Under the pieces are notes generated by a model. The model saw only the letters and a program-made list of their open reading frames with translations, had not been told where the DNA came from and ran no database searches. Of a stretch of 64,000 nt of DNA, positions 52,384-64,000 are shown one piece after another (the stretch's first letter is position 1; every line of letters begins with the position of its first letter). The DNA is from an uncultured Planctomycetia bacterium. Lineage in GTDB: Bacteria; Planctomycetota; Planctomycetia; Pirellulales; PALSA-1355. The position numbers and the translations under genes are program-made. Location of the stretch: NCBI GenBank assembly GCA_963699445.1, contig CAVOTX010000007.1, positions 303,310 through 367,309 on the forward strand. The letters run 5' to 3'.

Positions 52384-55300
52384 GTGACGCACAGGATCTG
52401 CCAGTGGGTCGTCATCCTGGTTGGCTGCTGTGTGCTCGGGCGCTGCGCCTTGGAAGGTAGCGCGCGGGCGGCCGAAAGAGCAGTCGACTTCAACCGCGAT
52501 ATTCGACCGATCCTGTCGGACAAGTGTTACAAGTGCCACGGACCGGACGAGAAGGAACGCCAGGCCGGCTTGCGGTTCGACAAACAGGAAGTCGCGCTCG
52601 TGCAATTGGAGTCGGGCGTTCGGGCAGTCGTGCCGGGCAAGAGCGGCGAAAGTGCGCTGGTTGCGCGGATCACGCACGCCGACCCCGAGGAGCGCATGCC
52701 GCCGGTCGATAGCGGCAAAGTGCTCTCGGCGGCCGAAATCGCTCTTTTGCGGCGCTGGATCGACGACGGCGCGGTCTGGAAAGGACATTGGTCTCTGATC
52801 GCGCCCGTGCGGCTGGAGCCGCCCGCGGTCCGACATCAGGCCCTGGTTCTCAACCCGATCGACGCGTTCGTTTTGGCCCGGCTCGAGGCCGAGGGTCTCG
52901 AACCGGCCGCGGCGGCCGACAAGATCACGTTGGTCCGCCGGTTGACGTACGACTTGACCGGATTGCCGCCGACTCCGGCCGAGGTCGACGCCTTTGCCGC
53001 CGATGTGGCGCCGGACGCCTACGAGAAGCTCGTCGACCGGTTGCTCGCTTCGCCCCGGTACGGCGAGCACATGGCCCGCTATTGGCTCGACGCGGTGCGC
53101 TACGGCGACACGCACGGTCTGCACTTTGACAACGAGCGTGCCTTGTGGAAGTACCGCGACTGGGTGATCGCGGCTTTCGGCGGCAACATGCCGTTCAACC
53201 AGTTCACCATCGAGCAAATGGCCGGCGACCTGCTGCCCGGCGCCACGCTCGACCAGCGGATCGCCACCGGCTACAACCGCTGCAACCTCTCGACCAGCGA
53301 AGGCGGCTCGATCGACGAGGAAGTGCTGGCCCGGTACGCGGTGGATCGGGTCGAGGCCATGTCGACGGTGTGGCTGGGGCTGACGACGGGCTGCGCGGTT
53401 TGCCACGACCACAAGTTCGACCCGATTTCGCAGAAAGAGTTCTATCAGCTGTTCGCATTCTTCAATGGCACTGCCGACGCCGCGATGGACGGCAATGCCC
53501 TGGCGCCGCCGCCGATCATCAAGCTGCCGACGGCGGAGCAAGAGTCTCAAAAGCAACAGTTTTCCGCCCAGTTGGCTCAAGCGCAACAAACGCTCGCGGT
53601 GGAGCTGGCCAAGGCGGAGTACCGCGAGCCGGAAACGGCGCCGGCCGTGGCCGCGCTCGAACGGCGAGAGTTCGTGTGGATCGAAGACGCCCTGCCGGCC
53701 GGCGCAAGGCGTCGGTCGAAGCCGGCGGCTGGCAATTCGTGGCCGCGCCCAGTCCGGTGTTCAGCGGCAGCAAGTCGACCCAGCGCACCTCGCAGGGACT
53801 CAGCCAGCACTATTTCACCGAGGCCAAGCCGGGCTTGCGCGTGGGCGAGGGGGACGTTTTCTTTGCCTACGTGTACCTCGACCCGCTCAACCCGCCCAAA
53901 GAAGTGATGCTGCAATTCAACGACGGCTCGTGGGAGCACCGGGCCTTGTGGGGCGAAGACATCATTCCCTGGGGATCGGCCAATTCGCCCAGCCGAGTTC
54001 TGGCCGGCCCCTTGCCCGAAGTGGGCAAGTGGGTGCGGCTGGAAATCGCGGCCGCCGCGGTGGGGATCGCTCCCGGAGCAACCATCAATGGCTGGGCCTT
54101 CACCCAGCACGACGGCACGGTCAACTGGGACAAGGCCGGCATCGTGTCCCGCACTCCGCAGGACAACGAGAATTGGACTTCTCAATTAGCTTGGGAGGCC
54201 TACGAACGTGCGCAGGCGAAATCGGTGCTGCCGCCGCCCGTGTTGGAGGCGGTGAAACTCGAACCGGCCAAGCGCAACGAGGCCCAGCAGAAGTTGGTGC
54301 GTGACCACTTTCTGCAGAACGTCTACGCACCCACGCGCGCCGTGTTCGCGCCCTTGCAAACGCAGATCGCCGATACGACCAAGAAACTTGCCGACCTCGA
54401 GGCGGCGATTCCTTCGACCATGGTCATGGCCGACATGCCGCAGCCGCGCGATACATTCGTGCTGATCCGCGGAGCCTACGACAAGAAGGGGGATAAAGTC
54501 GAACGCGGCGTGCCGGCGGCGATCGCGCCCTTTCCCGCCGATGCGCCGCTCAACCGCTTGGGCCTGGCCATGTGGCTGGTCGATCCGGCCAACCCGCTCA
54601 CCGCCCGGGTTACCGTCAACCGCTTCTGGCAGCAGTATTTCGGCACGGGCATCGTCAAGACGGCCCAGGACTTCGGCGCGCAGGGCGCTTGGCCCACGCA
54701 TCCGGAGCTACTCGACTATCTGGCGACGGAATTCATCCGCACGGGCTGGAACGTCAAGCAATTGCAACGGCTGATCGTCACCTCGGCCACGTACCGCCAG
54801 TCTTCCCACGCGACCGCCGAAATGCGGGAGCGCGACGTCGCCAACGAATTGCTTGCGCGGGGTCCGCGGTTTCGGCTCGATGCCGAGGTGATTCGCGACT
54901 CGGCGCTGGCCGTCAGCGGTTTGCTCGTCGAGCAGATCGGCGGTCCCAGTGTCCGGCCGTATCAGCCGGACGGATTGTGGCCGGCCGTGGCGTTCGTGGG
55001 CAGCAACACTTCGGACTACAAACCCGACCAGGGCGCCGGACTCTATCGCCGCAGCTTGTATACGTTCTGGAAGCGGACGTCGCCGCCCGCCTCGCTGGTC
55101 ACATTCGATGCGCCCTCGCGCGAGACGTGTACCGTGCGCCGCCCACGCACGAATACGCCGTTGCAAGCCCTGGTGTTGATGAACGACGTGCAATTCGTGG
55201 AGGCGGCCCGCCGGCTGGCCGAACGCGCGATGACCGAAGGCGGCTCCGCGCCGCCCGAGCGGGCCACGTACGCCTTTCGGTTGACCACCGGCCGCCCGCC

Positions 55301-55502
55301 CGCCGCGGACGAGTTGGCCGTGCTCGTCAAAGTGTTCCAGGAGCAGCTCGCCGGATTCCAGGCGGACAAGGACGCCGCCACGAAGCTGCTGGCCGTCGGC
55401 CAGTCGAAGCGCGGCGAGTCGCTCGACGCCAGCGAGTTGGCCGCCTGGACGATGACGGCCAACCTGATGCTCAATCTGGATGAGACGGTAACGAAAGAGT
55501 AG
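52384..55502 (+). pseudogene. second PSCyt1-PSCyt2-PSD protein (DUF1549/DUF1553), one frame break near 53700
   Basis: GTG start, DFNRDIRPILSDKCYKCHGPD, NPIDAFVLARLE, CAVCHDHKFDPI. The next frame has FWQQYFGTGIVKT..FDAPSRETCTVRRPRTNTPLQALVLMND. Confidence 0.85.
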
Positions 55503-55564
55503 CCGCGGCTGCCAAGAAGATCGAACAACCCGCTATTTCTTGCCTTTCCGGGAGGACTCGCCCT

Positions 55565-57046
55565 ATGGATCCGCTGACCGAATACGCCCGGATGGAGACC
55601 CGCCGACATTTCTTCGGCCGAGCGGCGGCCGGAATTGGCACCGCCGCGCTGGCGTCGTTGCTCGATCCTGGGCTGCTGCGAGGCGAGGCCGCGGCGTCCC
55701 CCGCCGAGAAGGTCGGCAGCGACAGCTTTGGCGTTTTGCCGGCACTGCATTTCGCCCCCAAGGCCAAGCGGGTGATCTGGCTGTTCATGGCCGACGCGCC
55801 CTCGCAGCTGGATCTGTTCGAGCACAAGCCAAAAATGCAGGAGATGTTCGACAAGGACTTGCCCGAGTCGATCCGCAATGGCCAGCGCATTACCACCATG
55901 ACGTCCGGGCAGGCCCGCTTTCCGGTGGCGCCGTCGGTGTTCAAGTTCCAGCAGTACGGCAAGTCGGGAGCCTGGCTGAGCGAGCTGTTGCCGCAGTTGG
56001 GTTCGATCGCCGACGATCTGACATTCGTCAAAACGCTCAACACCGAGGCCATCAATCACGATCCGGCGATCACGTTCATTCAGACCGGCAGTCAGATCCC
56101 GGGCCGGCCGAGCACGGGCGCCTGGCTGTCCTACGGCATTGGCAGCCCGAATCACGACTTGCCGGCCTTTGTCGTATTGCACTCGCGGCTGGCGGCCGGC
56201 AGCCAATCGCAGGCGCTTTTCTCGCGTTTGTGGGGTTCCGGCTTTCTGCCCACCAGGCATCAGGGAGTGGCCCTGCGCTCCAGCGGCGATCCGGTGCTGT
56301 ACTTGTCGAATCCACCCGGCGTCAGCGACCATTCGCGGCGGCAAATGCTCGACGGTCTGGCCGAACTGAACCAGAAGCGCGCAGGCCGAAGTCGGCGATC
56401 CGGAAACGCTTGCCCGCATCGCACAATACGAAATGGCCTATCGCATGCAAACCTCGGTGCCGGAATTGACCGACATCTCCAAGGAGACCAAGGAGACGCT
56501 GGATCTGTACGGTCCCGAGGTGACCCAGCCCGGCACGTTCGCATTCAACTGCTTGCTCGCCCGGCGGCTGGCCGAGCGGGGTGTCCGCTTCACGCAAGTT
56601 TTCTTGCGCGGCTGGGACCATCACGGCGGCTTGCCGGGAAGCATTCGCCAGCTGCGCCGGTGGCCGACCAGGCCTCGGCGGCCTTGGTCAAGGATCTCAA
56701 GCAGCGCGGCATGCTCGACGACACCCTGGTCATCTGGGGCGGCGAGTTCGGCCGCACGATCTACAGTCAGGGAACGCTGACCAAAGACAATTACGGGCGC
56801 GATCATCACCCGCGCTGTTTCACCATGTGGATGGCCGGCGGCGGGATGAAGCCCGGCATCACGTACGGTCAGACCGATGATTTCAGCTACAACGTCACGG
56901 AGAATCCGGTACACGTGCACGACCTGAACGCCACGATCTTGCACTTGCTGGGAATCGATCATCAGCGGCTTACCTACCGCTTCCAGGGGCGCGACTTCCG
57001 TCTGACCGACGTGCACGGCACGGTCGTCAAAGACATTTTGGCCTGA
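55565..57046 (+). CDS. second DUF1501 protein; the ORF is continuous but its central ~90 codons are out of frame (two compensating breaks)
   Basis: [33 protein letters not shown] ... [25 protein letters not shown]. The conserved middle ([34 protein letters not shown]) appears only in ORF 56433-56780. Confidence 0.85.
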   Translation: MDPLTEYARMETRRHFFGRAAAGIGTAALASLLDPGLLRGEAAASPAEKVGSDSFGVLPALHFAPKAKRVIWLFMADAPSQLDLFEHKPKMQEMFDKDLPESIRNGQRITTMTSGQARFPVAPSVFKFQQYGKSGAWLSELLPQLGSIADDLTFVKTLNTEAINHDPAITFIQTGSQIPGRPSTGAWLSYGIGSPNHDLPAFVVLHSRLAAGSQSQALFSRLWGSGFLPTRHQGVALRSSGDPVLYLSNPPGVSDHSRRQMLDGLAELNQKRAGRSRRSGNACPHRTIRNGLSHANLGAGIDRHLQGDQGDAGSVRSRGDPARHVRIQLLARPAAGRAGCPLHASFLARLGPSRRLAGKHSPAAPVADQASAALVKDLKQRGMLDDTLVIWGGEFGRTIYSQGTLTKDNYGRDHHPRCFTMWMAGGGMKPGITYGQTDDFSYNVTENPVHVHDLNATILHLLGIDHQRLTYRFQGRDFRLTDVHGTVVKDILA

Positions 57047-57158
57047 TCTGTGTCGCGTTTTTCGGCGCAGCGTCGGGCTCGGTCGGGGTGCCGTCACCGT
57101 GGCGCTGATCTGGCGATAGCGGGTCGCTGCTGGCTTATCGGGACCGCAGCCGACTTAG

Positions 57159-57252
57159 GAGCGCACGAAAAATAACTTTGGCTTCTGGCAGACCCTCACC
57201 CTGCCCTCTCCCTGGAGGGAGAGGGGTTGTGCGCCGAAGTTATTTTTCGCTC
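57159..57252 (+). repeat. nested palindrome upstream of the large envelope-protein genes
   Basis: Outer stem CGAAAAATAACTTTGG (57166-57181) pairs with CCGAAGTTATTTTTCG (57234-57249), with 1 mismatch. It encloses the 9-bp hairpin CCCTCTCCC-tgga-GGGAGAGGG (57204-57225). Confidence 0.5.
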
Positions 57253-57476
57253 ACACCTTACCCGATCGGTGCGCCCGTCCTCCGGGCCGTCGCCCCGATC
57301 CAGTCTCGCCGGCCGGCCGTTCTTGCCGGACCTGCCAGCTTGATCGAGGCTTTTACCAGGAACTTACACTCGCCGGCGCGCTTCTAACTACAATGACACC
57401 GGTACGGCGCTTATTCTAGCGCTCGGCGAAGCGTCGATTCGCAATGGTCCCAAATCTTCTCCTGCGAGAGTGCTTT

Positions 57477-60400
57477 ATGCCTTGTGCGACCCATCGGCGG
57501 CTCTGGGGTTACGCTCTGCTATGGCTTGCCGCGGCGGCGCCGGTTTCGGCGCAAGAGCCCGTGGTCGGACCGGCCGCACCGGCCAATCGCGTCGCGGCGA
57601 CGGACGATGACGCTCCGCCGCTTCGCGAGCAAACGATCTACGTCCCGTACGACAAGCTGCGCGAGACATTCGAGAAGACCGGGCGCGGCGTATTCATTCC
57701 CTACGCTCGCTTCGAACAATTGTGGAAGGCGGCCCGCGAGCAGCAGCGCAAGCCGCCGGACGGCAGCCCTCCGGCCGCTGCGGTGATTACCGAAGCCGAC
57801 AGCGAAGCCACGGTCGGCAAGGAAGTCGTGCGTGTGGTGGCCCGATTGAAGATCGACGTGCTCGCGCGTGGCTGGGTCGAAGTCCCGCTGCGCCTGGCTG
57901 ACGCCGGTGTCATTTCGGCCACGCTGATCGGCAGCGACGGCCAAGAGCAGCCCGCACGGTTGGCGGTCTCGCCCGACGGCGGATACAAACTGGTGATCGA
58001 AAATAAGAGCAAGGAACCGATTCAGCTCGCGCTGCGGCTCGAGTACGCCAAGGCGTTCAACAAAACGCCGGGCCGCAATGACGTCTCGTTTGCCGCGCCG
58101 CAGGCGCCGGTAAACCGCTGGCGGGTGCGGATCCCCGAGAGCGGTGTCAAGATACATATCGATCCGTTGATCGCCGCCACCGAAATGCCGAGCGCCGCGG
58201 AAGATGCGGATGGTAAGCCGGACAACGAAAAGGCCCCAGGCGGCAACGCGGGAGACGATAACCCCGGCGCGGAAAAAGCGAACGGCAAGAAGCCGGCTGA
58301 AGAAACCGTGCTGCTGGCGTTCGTCGGCGCGGCTCCGGCGGTGCGGATCGATTGGACAGCCAAGGCTGAAGGCGCCAGCGGACTGGCGGCGCTGGCCAAT
58401 GTCGCGGTGGAGCAAGCCGTCCGCGTCGAAGAAGCCGTGCTGCGCACTCATGCCACACTTGCCTATTCGATCAGCCGCGCCGAGCTTGGCCAGCTCACTC
58501 TCGATGTGCCGGCAGACCAGAAAGTGGTCAACGTCGCCTCGCCCAACGTCCGCCAATGGTCGGTCGAAGCGGCCGGAGAAACACAAAAGATCGTCGTCGA
58601 GTTGTTCGAGCCGGCTCGGCTCTTGGAGACGATCGAAGTCGACCTGGAACAGTACCGCGAACAGGCCGAAGCAGGCGAAGCCCCGGCCGGCGCCAATGCC
58701 GAAGACGCCAAACTGCCGAGCGCCAGCGTGCCCATCGTCCGCGCCCTGGACGTTTCGCGGCAGCAAGGAATCATCGTGGTCGACGTGGCCGAGGGCCTGC
58801 AAATCGAAGCCCGCACGCGCGACGGTCTGCTGCAACTGGATGCCGCCGACCTGCCAAAGGCACTGGCGACGGGGCCGCATGAGCTTTCGTTTCGCTATGC
58901 CGTGTTGCCGTTCCGCCTGACGCTGGACGTCACAAAGATCAAGCCTCGACTGCTCGCCGACGAGTTCGTCGTGGCTTACTTGGAGCCGGAGCACCTGACC
59001 CTGCAATTGCAAGCGATTTTCACCGTCGAACGCGCCGGCGTCTTCACGCTCGACCTGGACGTTCCGGCGGGGTTCGAAATTCGCGAAGTCCGCGGCGACG
59101 CGCTCGCCGGCGCAGCCGGCGCAGGTCGATTCGCATCATCTGGAAGGAGACGAGAAGACGCGTCTGATCGTCAACCTGTCCCACAAGGCGCTGGGTCGCG
59201 TGGGGCTCTTCGTCGCCCTGCAAAAGCGGCTCGAAGACGCCAATCTGCTCGACCCCACCGGCAAGACTTCCGACGTGCCGCTACCCATCCCCCGCGTCGC
59301 GCCGGAAACGATTGAACGCACCAGCGGCCGCCTGGTGGTCTACGCGCCGGAAAGTTTGCGCGCCAATCCCGGAAAATCGTCCGGGTTGCGCAGCGTATCG
59401 CTGGCAGAGGCCCTGGCCGGCGGACCCGGCGCGGCGATCCAGCCCGGAACGAATCAACCGGCCGGCGGGCGAGCGGTGTCGTCGTTCGTCTTCACCAAGT
59501 CGCCCGTCGAGCTCAGCCTGCAAGTCGAGCGCCGCAAGCCCTATGTCACGGCCGCTCAATTGCTGGTCGCGCGCGTCGATCCGGGTGTGGTCAAGTTCGA
59601 GGCGAATTTCTTTTTCGACGTTCGCTACAGCGGCGTGAAGAATCTGCGGATCGATTTGCCGGCCGAACTGGCGGCCGAGATTCGCAACAATACGCCGGGA
59701 ATTTCCGAATCGCTGCCGGATCCGCAACCGGAGGACGTGGCCAAGGGAAACGTCGCCTGGAGTTTCACCGGCGAACGGGAACTGCTGGGGCCGATCGAGA
59801 TCCGGCTGTCCTGGCAGCGGCGGCTCGACAATCTCGAAGTCGGTAAGAGCCTGGAGTTGACCTTGCCCCATTTGGAGCCACGCGGCGCCGACCGCGCTTG
59901 GGGCCAGATCGTGCTGGTCAAGTCGGAGACGATCGACCTATTGGCCTCGGGAAAACCGACCGGCTTGCGGCCGATCGATCCGCAGCACGACCTGATGCCG
60001 GGCGCCAACGTGCCCGACGCGGCGCTGGCTTTCGAGTTTCACGACGCCTGGTCACTGGACATCACGGCCACTCGATACCAGCTCGAATCGGTCAAGCACA
60101 CCAGCATCGAGCGCGGCTTGGTGCGCACGGTCGTGACGCGCGGCGGCCAGATCGCCGTGCAAGCGCTGTATCGCATGCGCAGCGCGCCAACGGCTGGCAG
60201 TGACTTTGCCCAGCGGCGTCGAATTCGACACCGAACCGTTGCGGATCAACGGCCGTCCGACGCCTCTGGAACGCGGCGCCCAGGACGAATTCTTCGTGCC
60301 GCTGGCCGGGCGATCGACCGGCGAGCCATTCCTGTTGGAATTGCGCTATACGCTGACCGGCGGAACTCTGCGCGTGGAACTGCCGGCGTTTGCCGACGAA

Positions 60401-61015
60401 CCGGCCGTGCAGCAAGTGTTCGTCTCGGTCTTCTTGCCGCAGGAACTCGAGTTGCTGGGCTCTCAGGGACCCTGGACCGACGAACAGCAATGGACCTATA
60501 CCTCTCCCTGGTCCCGGGTTCCGGCGCCCCGTTACACGGATACCGGCTTGGTGAACTGGGTCCGCGCCGGATTGACGTTACCGGTCAATCCGGCCGATTC
60601 GTTTCCGATCGACGGCCAGGCGGCCATCTTCAGCACGCTCCGGCCCGAGAACGACGCGGCGGGCAGTCTGCGACTCACGACGATCAACGGCAAGTGGCTG
60701 CATTTCTTCACTTTTTGCGGCGTGCTGGGGCTGGGGATCTTGCTGCTCACGCGCCCGCTGGCCCAGCGCGGCGCAGCGTTGGCTGCTCTGCTCATCGCGC
60801 TCGTGCTGCTAGGCGTGTTCTTGCCCACGCTGGCCACCGAGATTATTTTCGGCGGCTTCTGGCTGGCGCTGCTGCTCACGCTACTGGCCTGGTCCGGTTG
60901 GGCCTTGTTCCAATTCAGCCGGCGGCCGGCGTGGGCCGTAGCCAGCGGCGGATCGGGGCAAACCGGCTCTCGCGCTGCCGGCGGCGAGCCGCACCGACGA
61001 GCCAGCCTTGCCTGA
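57477..61015 (+). pseudogene. ~1180-aa secreted protein with a C-terminal multi-TM anchor, unknown family (P1); frame breaks near 59110 and 60185
   Basis: Signal peptide MPCATHRRLWGYALLWLAAAAPVSAQE, long beta-rich repeats, an acidic linker (AEDADGKPDNEKAPGG..), and C-terminal TM helices (FFTFCGVLGLGILLL, AALAALLIALVLLGVF, IIFGGFWLALLLTLLAWSGWALF). The pieces lie in ORFs 57444-59315, 59200-61308 and 60200-61015. Confidence 0.55.
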
Positions 61016-61092
61016 TTCGTCCGCTCCGGAGAATTCCGCTCCCAACGACAAGCCGCCGGCCGCCGGCGCTGCGGGCCAGGAAGGCGGCTCGC

Positions 61093-64000
61093 ATGAGTAA
61101 CCATGACCGATACGCCCTGCGAGTCGCACTGACCTGGTCGATATTCGCCCTGTTGCCCACGGCAGCACTGGCCGGCCAGCCGCCGATGTCTGTTCCTGGC
61201 CCGGCCGTGCCGATCGAAGAATTGCCGCAGCGCGAGATTTTCGTTCCCGTTGCCGACTTGCACGTGATCTTGTTGTCGGACATCCAGCGGCGTGCTGCTG
61301 ACCCGTGACGAATACGAGGTTTTGGCGGCCAAGGCCCGGGCCGTCACACGACCGACCGATCCCACGCAGCCAGCCGCCGTCTTGTCGGCCGACTACGCGG
61401 CCACGGTGGAAGAGAACCGCGCCCGACTGTTGGGCACCATCGTGGTCTCCGCACCGGACGAGGATCTGAGCGCCGTGGAATTGGATCTGTCGGGCGTGGC
61501 GGTGCGGTCGGCGACTCTGGACGGGCAACCGGCTGCGATTGGGCGAAATGCGGCCGGAGTGCCCGTGCTCTTCCTTAGCGGCGCCGGCCGGCACGAGCTG
61601 AAATTGGAGATTCTGGCGGCCATCGAGACCGCCGCCGCGCAGCGGACATTAAGCTTTCAGATCCCCACTCCGCCGGCGACGCGGCTGCGGCTGACGGTCC
61701 CCGGTCACGTGGAGATCAAGAGCGGCGCCACCGTGATCCGCCGCCAGGAGGACGAGCAGCGTCAGATGACCGAGTTCGATTTGCTGCCCCGGCGCGGCTG
61801 CAACAGCCTGGTGCTGTCGCTGAATAACCGCCAGTTGCAAAAAGAGCGTGTGGTGGTCGCACATGGCGTTCTGGTGGACGAAATCACCTCGGCCTACGAA
61901 CGGTTGCACGTGACGTCTTCGCTTTCCGTCCTGCACGGCGCCGCCGATCGATTTCGCTTCGCCGTGCCCGCCGGATTCGAAGTGACGGGCGTGCAGCGCC
62001 CCGAAGTGGCGCGCTGGGAAGTCACGACCGAGGCGGCCGGCACCGACGAGGAACGGCGGATCTTGGAAGTGCACTTGCGCGAACCGGCCACCGACACCGT
62101 GTCGCTCAACATCTCGGCCGTGCCGCTGGCCGGTCCCGCTCGACGACTGGCGGCTGCCCAAGCTCTCGCCCCTGGATGTTGCCGGCGAGGCCATCGTGGT
62201 CGGCCTGCTGCTGGAAAACCGCTTGAAACCGTCCGATTTCCGCCCGGACAATCTGATCTCGATCGACGTCGACGTGCTCTCGCAAGCGTTGCCGGCCAGC
62301 GTCGAACAAGATCGGGCCGGAGCTCCCGCGGTGAGCGCCGTTGCGGCGTTTTATGCTCCGCGATCCGGCTATGACCTGCGGGCGCGATTTACGGCCCCCG
62401 AATCCGAATTGCGCGTGACGACGAACATTCTCTTGACGCTTGCCGACGACAAGCTCGAAGCTCATGGCGGCTTTGCGCTGTTGAACTCGGCCGACAAGCT
62501 GGTCGAGTTCGACTTTTCGGCGCCGGCCGGCTGGCAAGTCACGGAAGTGACGCCCGAAGGGGGCGCGCCGCTGCCGCTGGAGATCTACCCGGCGGCCGAC
62601 GGCGCCTCGCGCATTCACGTGCGATTGCCCTTGTCCGCGCCGCCCGGGCAATCGCGGAGCGTTTATTTTCGGGCCGTCAGTTCGCCCGCCGGTTGGCTCG
62701 ACGATTGGCGCACCAAATCCATCGACTTTCCGGTGTTTCAGGTAGCCGGCGCGACCCGCGACGTGGGGGCTGTGGCCGCGGGGGCCCGCGACGACATGCT
62801 CGTCCGCGCCGACCAGACCCAGCGACTCACCCCGTTGGACGCCAACGAAAAAAATAAGTACGGCCTGGAAGACGTGTCCACGCAGGTCGCCTTCCGCTAC
62901 GAGGCGCCGCCGTACTCGCTGCTGTTGGAAGCGGCTCGGGTCGAGCCGCGCCTGACCGCTCGGGCGTTTTCGTTCTTTGCGCCGATCCGGAGCTGATCAC
63001 CGCCCACTACGAAATCGCCTACGACGTGACCGAAGCTCGCACCAGCCGGCTGGTCTTCGAGTTGCCCGACAGCACGCCGGGCGAATTGGCGATCCGCGGA
63101 CTCGACGGCCTTTCGATCAAGGAATCGAGCAGCGCTGTGGCCGATGGCCTGCGGCGCTGGACCGTGCTGTTGGGAGAATCGCGCCGCGGCAGCATCCGGC
63201 TTGCCGTCGATTTTCAGCAACCGCTGGCCGGCTCGGCAGAGGATGCCCGGGCGCCCGCCGAACTGACGTTGCCCTTGGTGCGCGCTCTCGGCGTGGCATA
63301 TCAATCGGGCCTGGTGGCCGTCGAAGGCAGCGCCGACCGCGACGTCCAGGTCAAGACCGCGCTGCGCAAGGTGGATGTCGGCGAGCTGGCCGATGCCGAT
63401 TATCAGCCCGGCCGCCGGCTGCTGGGCGCGTTTGGCTACGGCGGCGATGCGGCGCAGATTCAGGTGCTCGTGGCCCGCCCGGCGGAATACGACCTGCCGA
63501 CGGCGATCGTCCAACGGGCCGAATTGCTGACGATGGTTTCGGCCAGCGGTCGCAGCCAGACCGTGGCGCGGTTTCGCTTGCGGGCCAAGGCACTGGTCGT
63601 TGAGGTCCGACTGCCCAAGAGCTCGACGCTGTGGTCGGCGCTGCTCGATGGCGAGCCGACGTTGCCGCAACGCGAAGCGGGCAGCCTGCTGGTGGCATTG
63701 CCGGCCGGGGCCGAAGCCCGGCAACGCGATTTGCAACTTGTGTACGAAACGCCGATCGACCCCTTGGGCGGCGTCGGCAGGCTGGACCTGGAGGCCCCGA
63801 AGCTGCTGTTCCGCGGAGATCCGGCCGCCCCAGGCACCGCCGTGCCGCTGGCCGACCTGGTCTGGCGGCTGAGCACGCCGGCCGGCTTGAAGGTCGTGCG
63901 CTCGAGCGGCACGGTCTTCAGCGACGATTTGGCCCTCCGCCGTTCGCCCTTGGCAGCGATCGCATCGGCCGTGTCGCGGACGCTTTCGCCCATTCGCTTT
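61093..64000 (+). pseudogene. paralogue of P1 (P2), over 960 aa and running off the window; frame breaks near 61285, 62170 and 62980
   Basis: ATG at 61093 after GGAAGG. Signal peptide MSNHDRYALRVALTWSIFALLPTAALAG. The N-terminal ~170 residues align with P1. The last 338 codons (62987-64000) form an open frame with no stop, which is not listed in the ORF track. Confidence 0.5.

Noticed and set aside
51112-53589. 825-aa minus-strand ORF
   Set aside because: It is antisense to the peroxidase C-terminus and to the second PSCyt/PSD gene. It has no recognisable domains.

Overview
High-GC chromosomal segment with a typical planctomycete (Pirellulales-like) gene repertoire. It carries two DUF1559/H-X9-DG pseudopilin-like proteins and two PSCyt1-PSCyt2-PSD (DUF1549/DUF1553) + DUF1501 gene pairs. 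There are six PEP-CTERM proteins plus two decayed ones, a 2078-aa alpha-2-macroglobulin homologue, an animal-type haem peroxidase with dockerin repeats, and an ECF sigma factor with an anti-sigma/VWA partner. A 23S-5S rRNA operon has no adjacent 16S. Housekeeping genes are hemL, hemB, cysteine desulfurase + IscA/HesB, a PfkB sugar kinase, an RRM RNA-binding protein, a flotillin-like SPFH protein and a Ser/Thr kinase. Accessory content is a HicAB toxin-antitoxin pair, a three-gene c-di-GMP operon (tandem GGDEF, GAF-PAS, PilZ), and two paralogous >950-aa envelope proteins of unknown family at the right edge. I saw no transposase, integrase, phage gene, CRISPR array or tRNA. Signals not explained by genes: a ~158-bp MITE-like element (3 copies) whose CTAG termini coincide with neighbouring stop codons; a 31-nt REP-like hairpin (3 copies, one compensatory base-pair change); a ~156-bp duplication of the hemB 3' end bracketing a 1.3-kb insert; an inverted tandem TAGGGGCTGGGGAC-type repeat; and a TGCTTGAC -35 context shared by PEP-CTERM genes. 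Main caveat: by manual count there are about three dozen reading-frame breaks in about 15 otherwise conserved genes, unevenly distributed. I cannot tell assembly error from real decay without reads. Many long ORFs in the supplied track are antisense or alternative-frame shadows of these genes.
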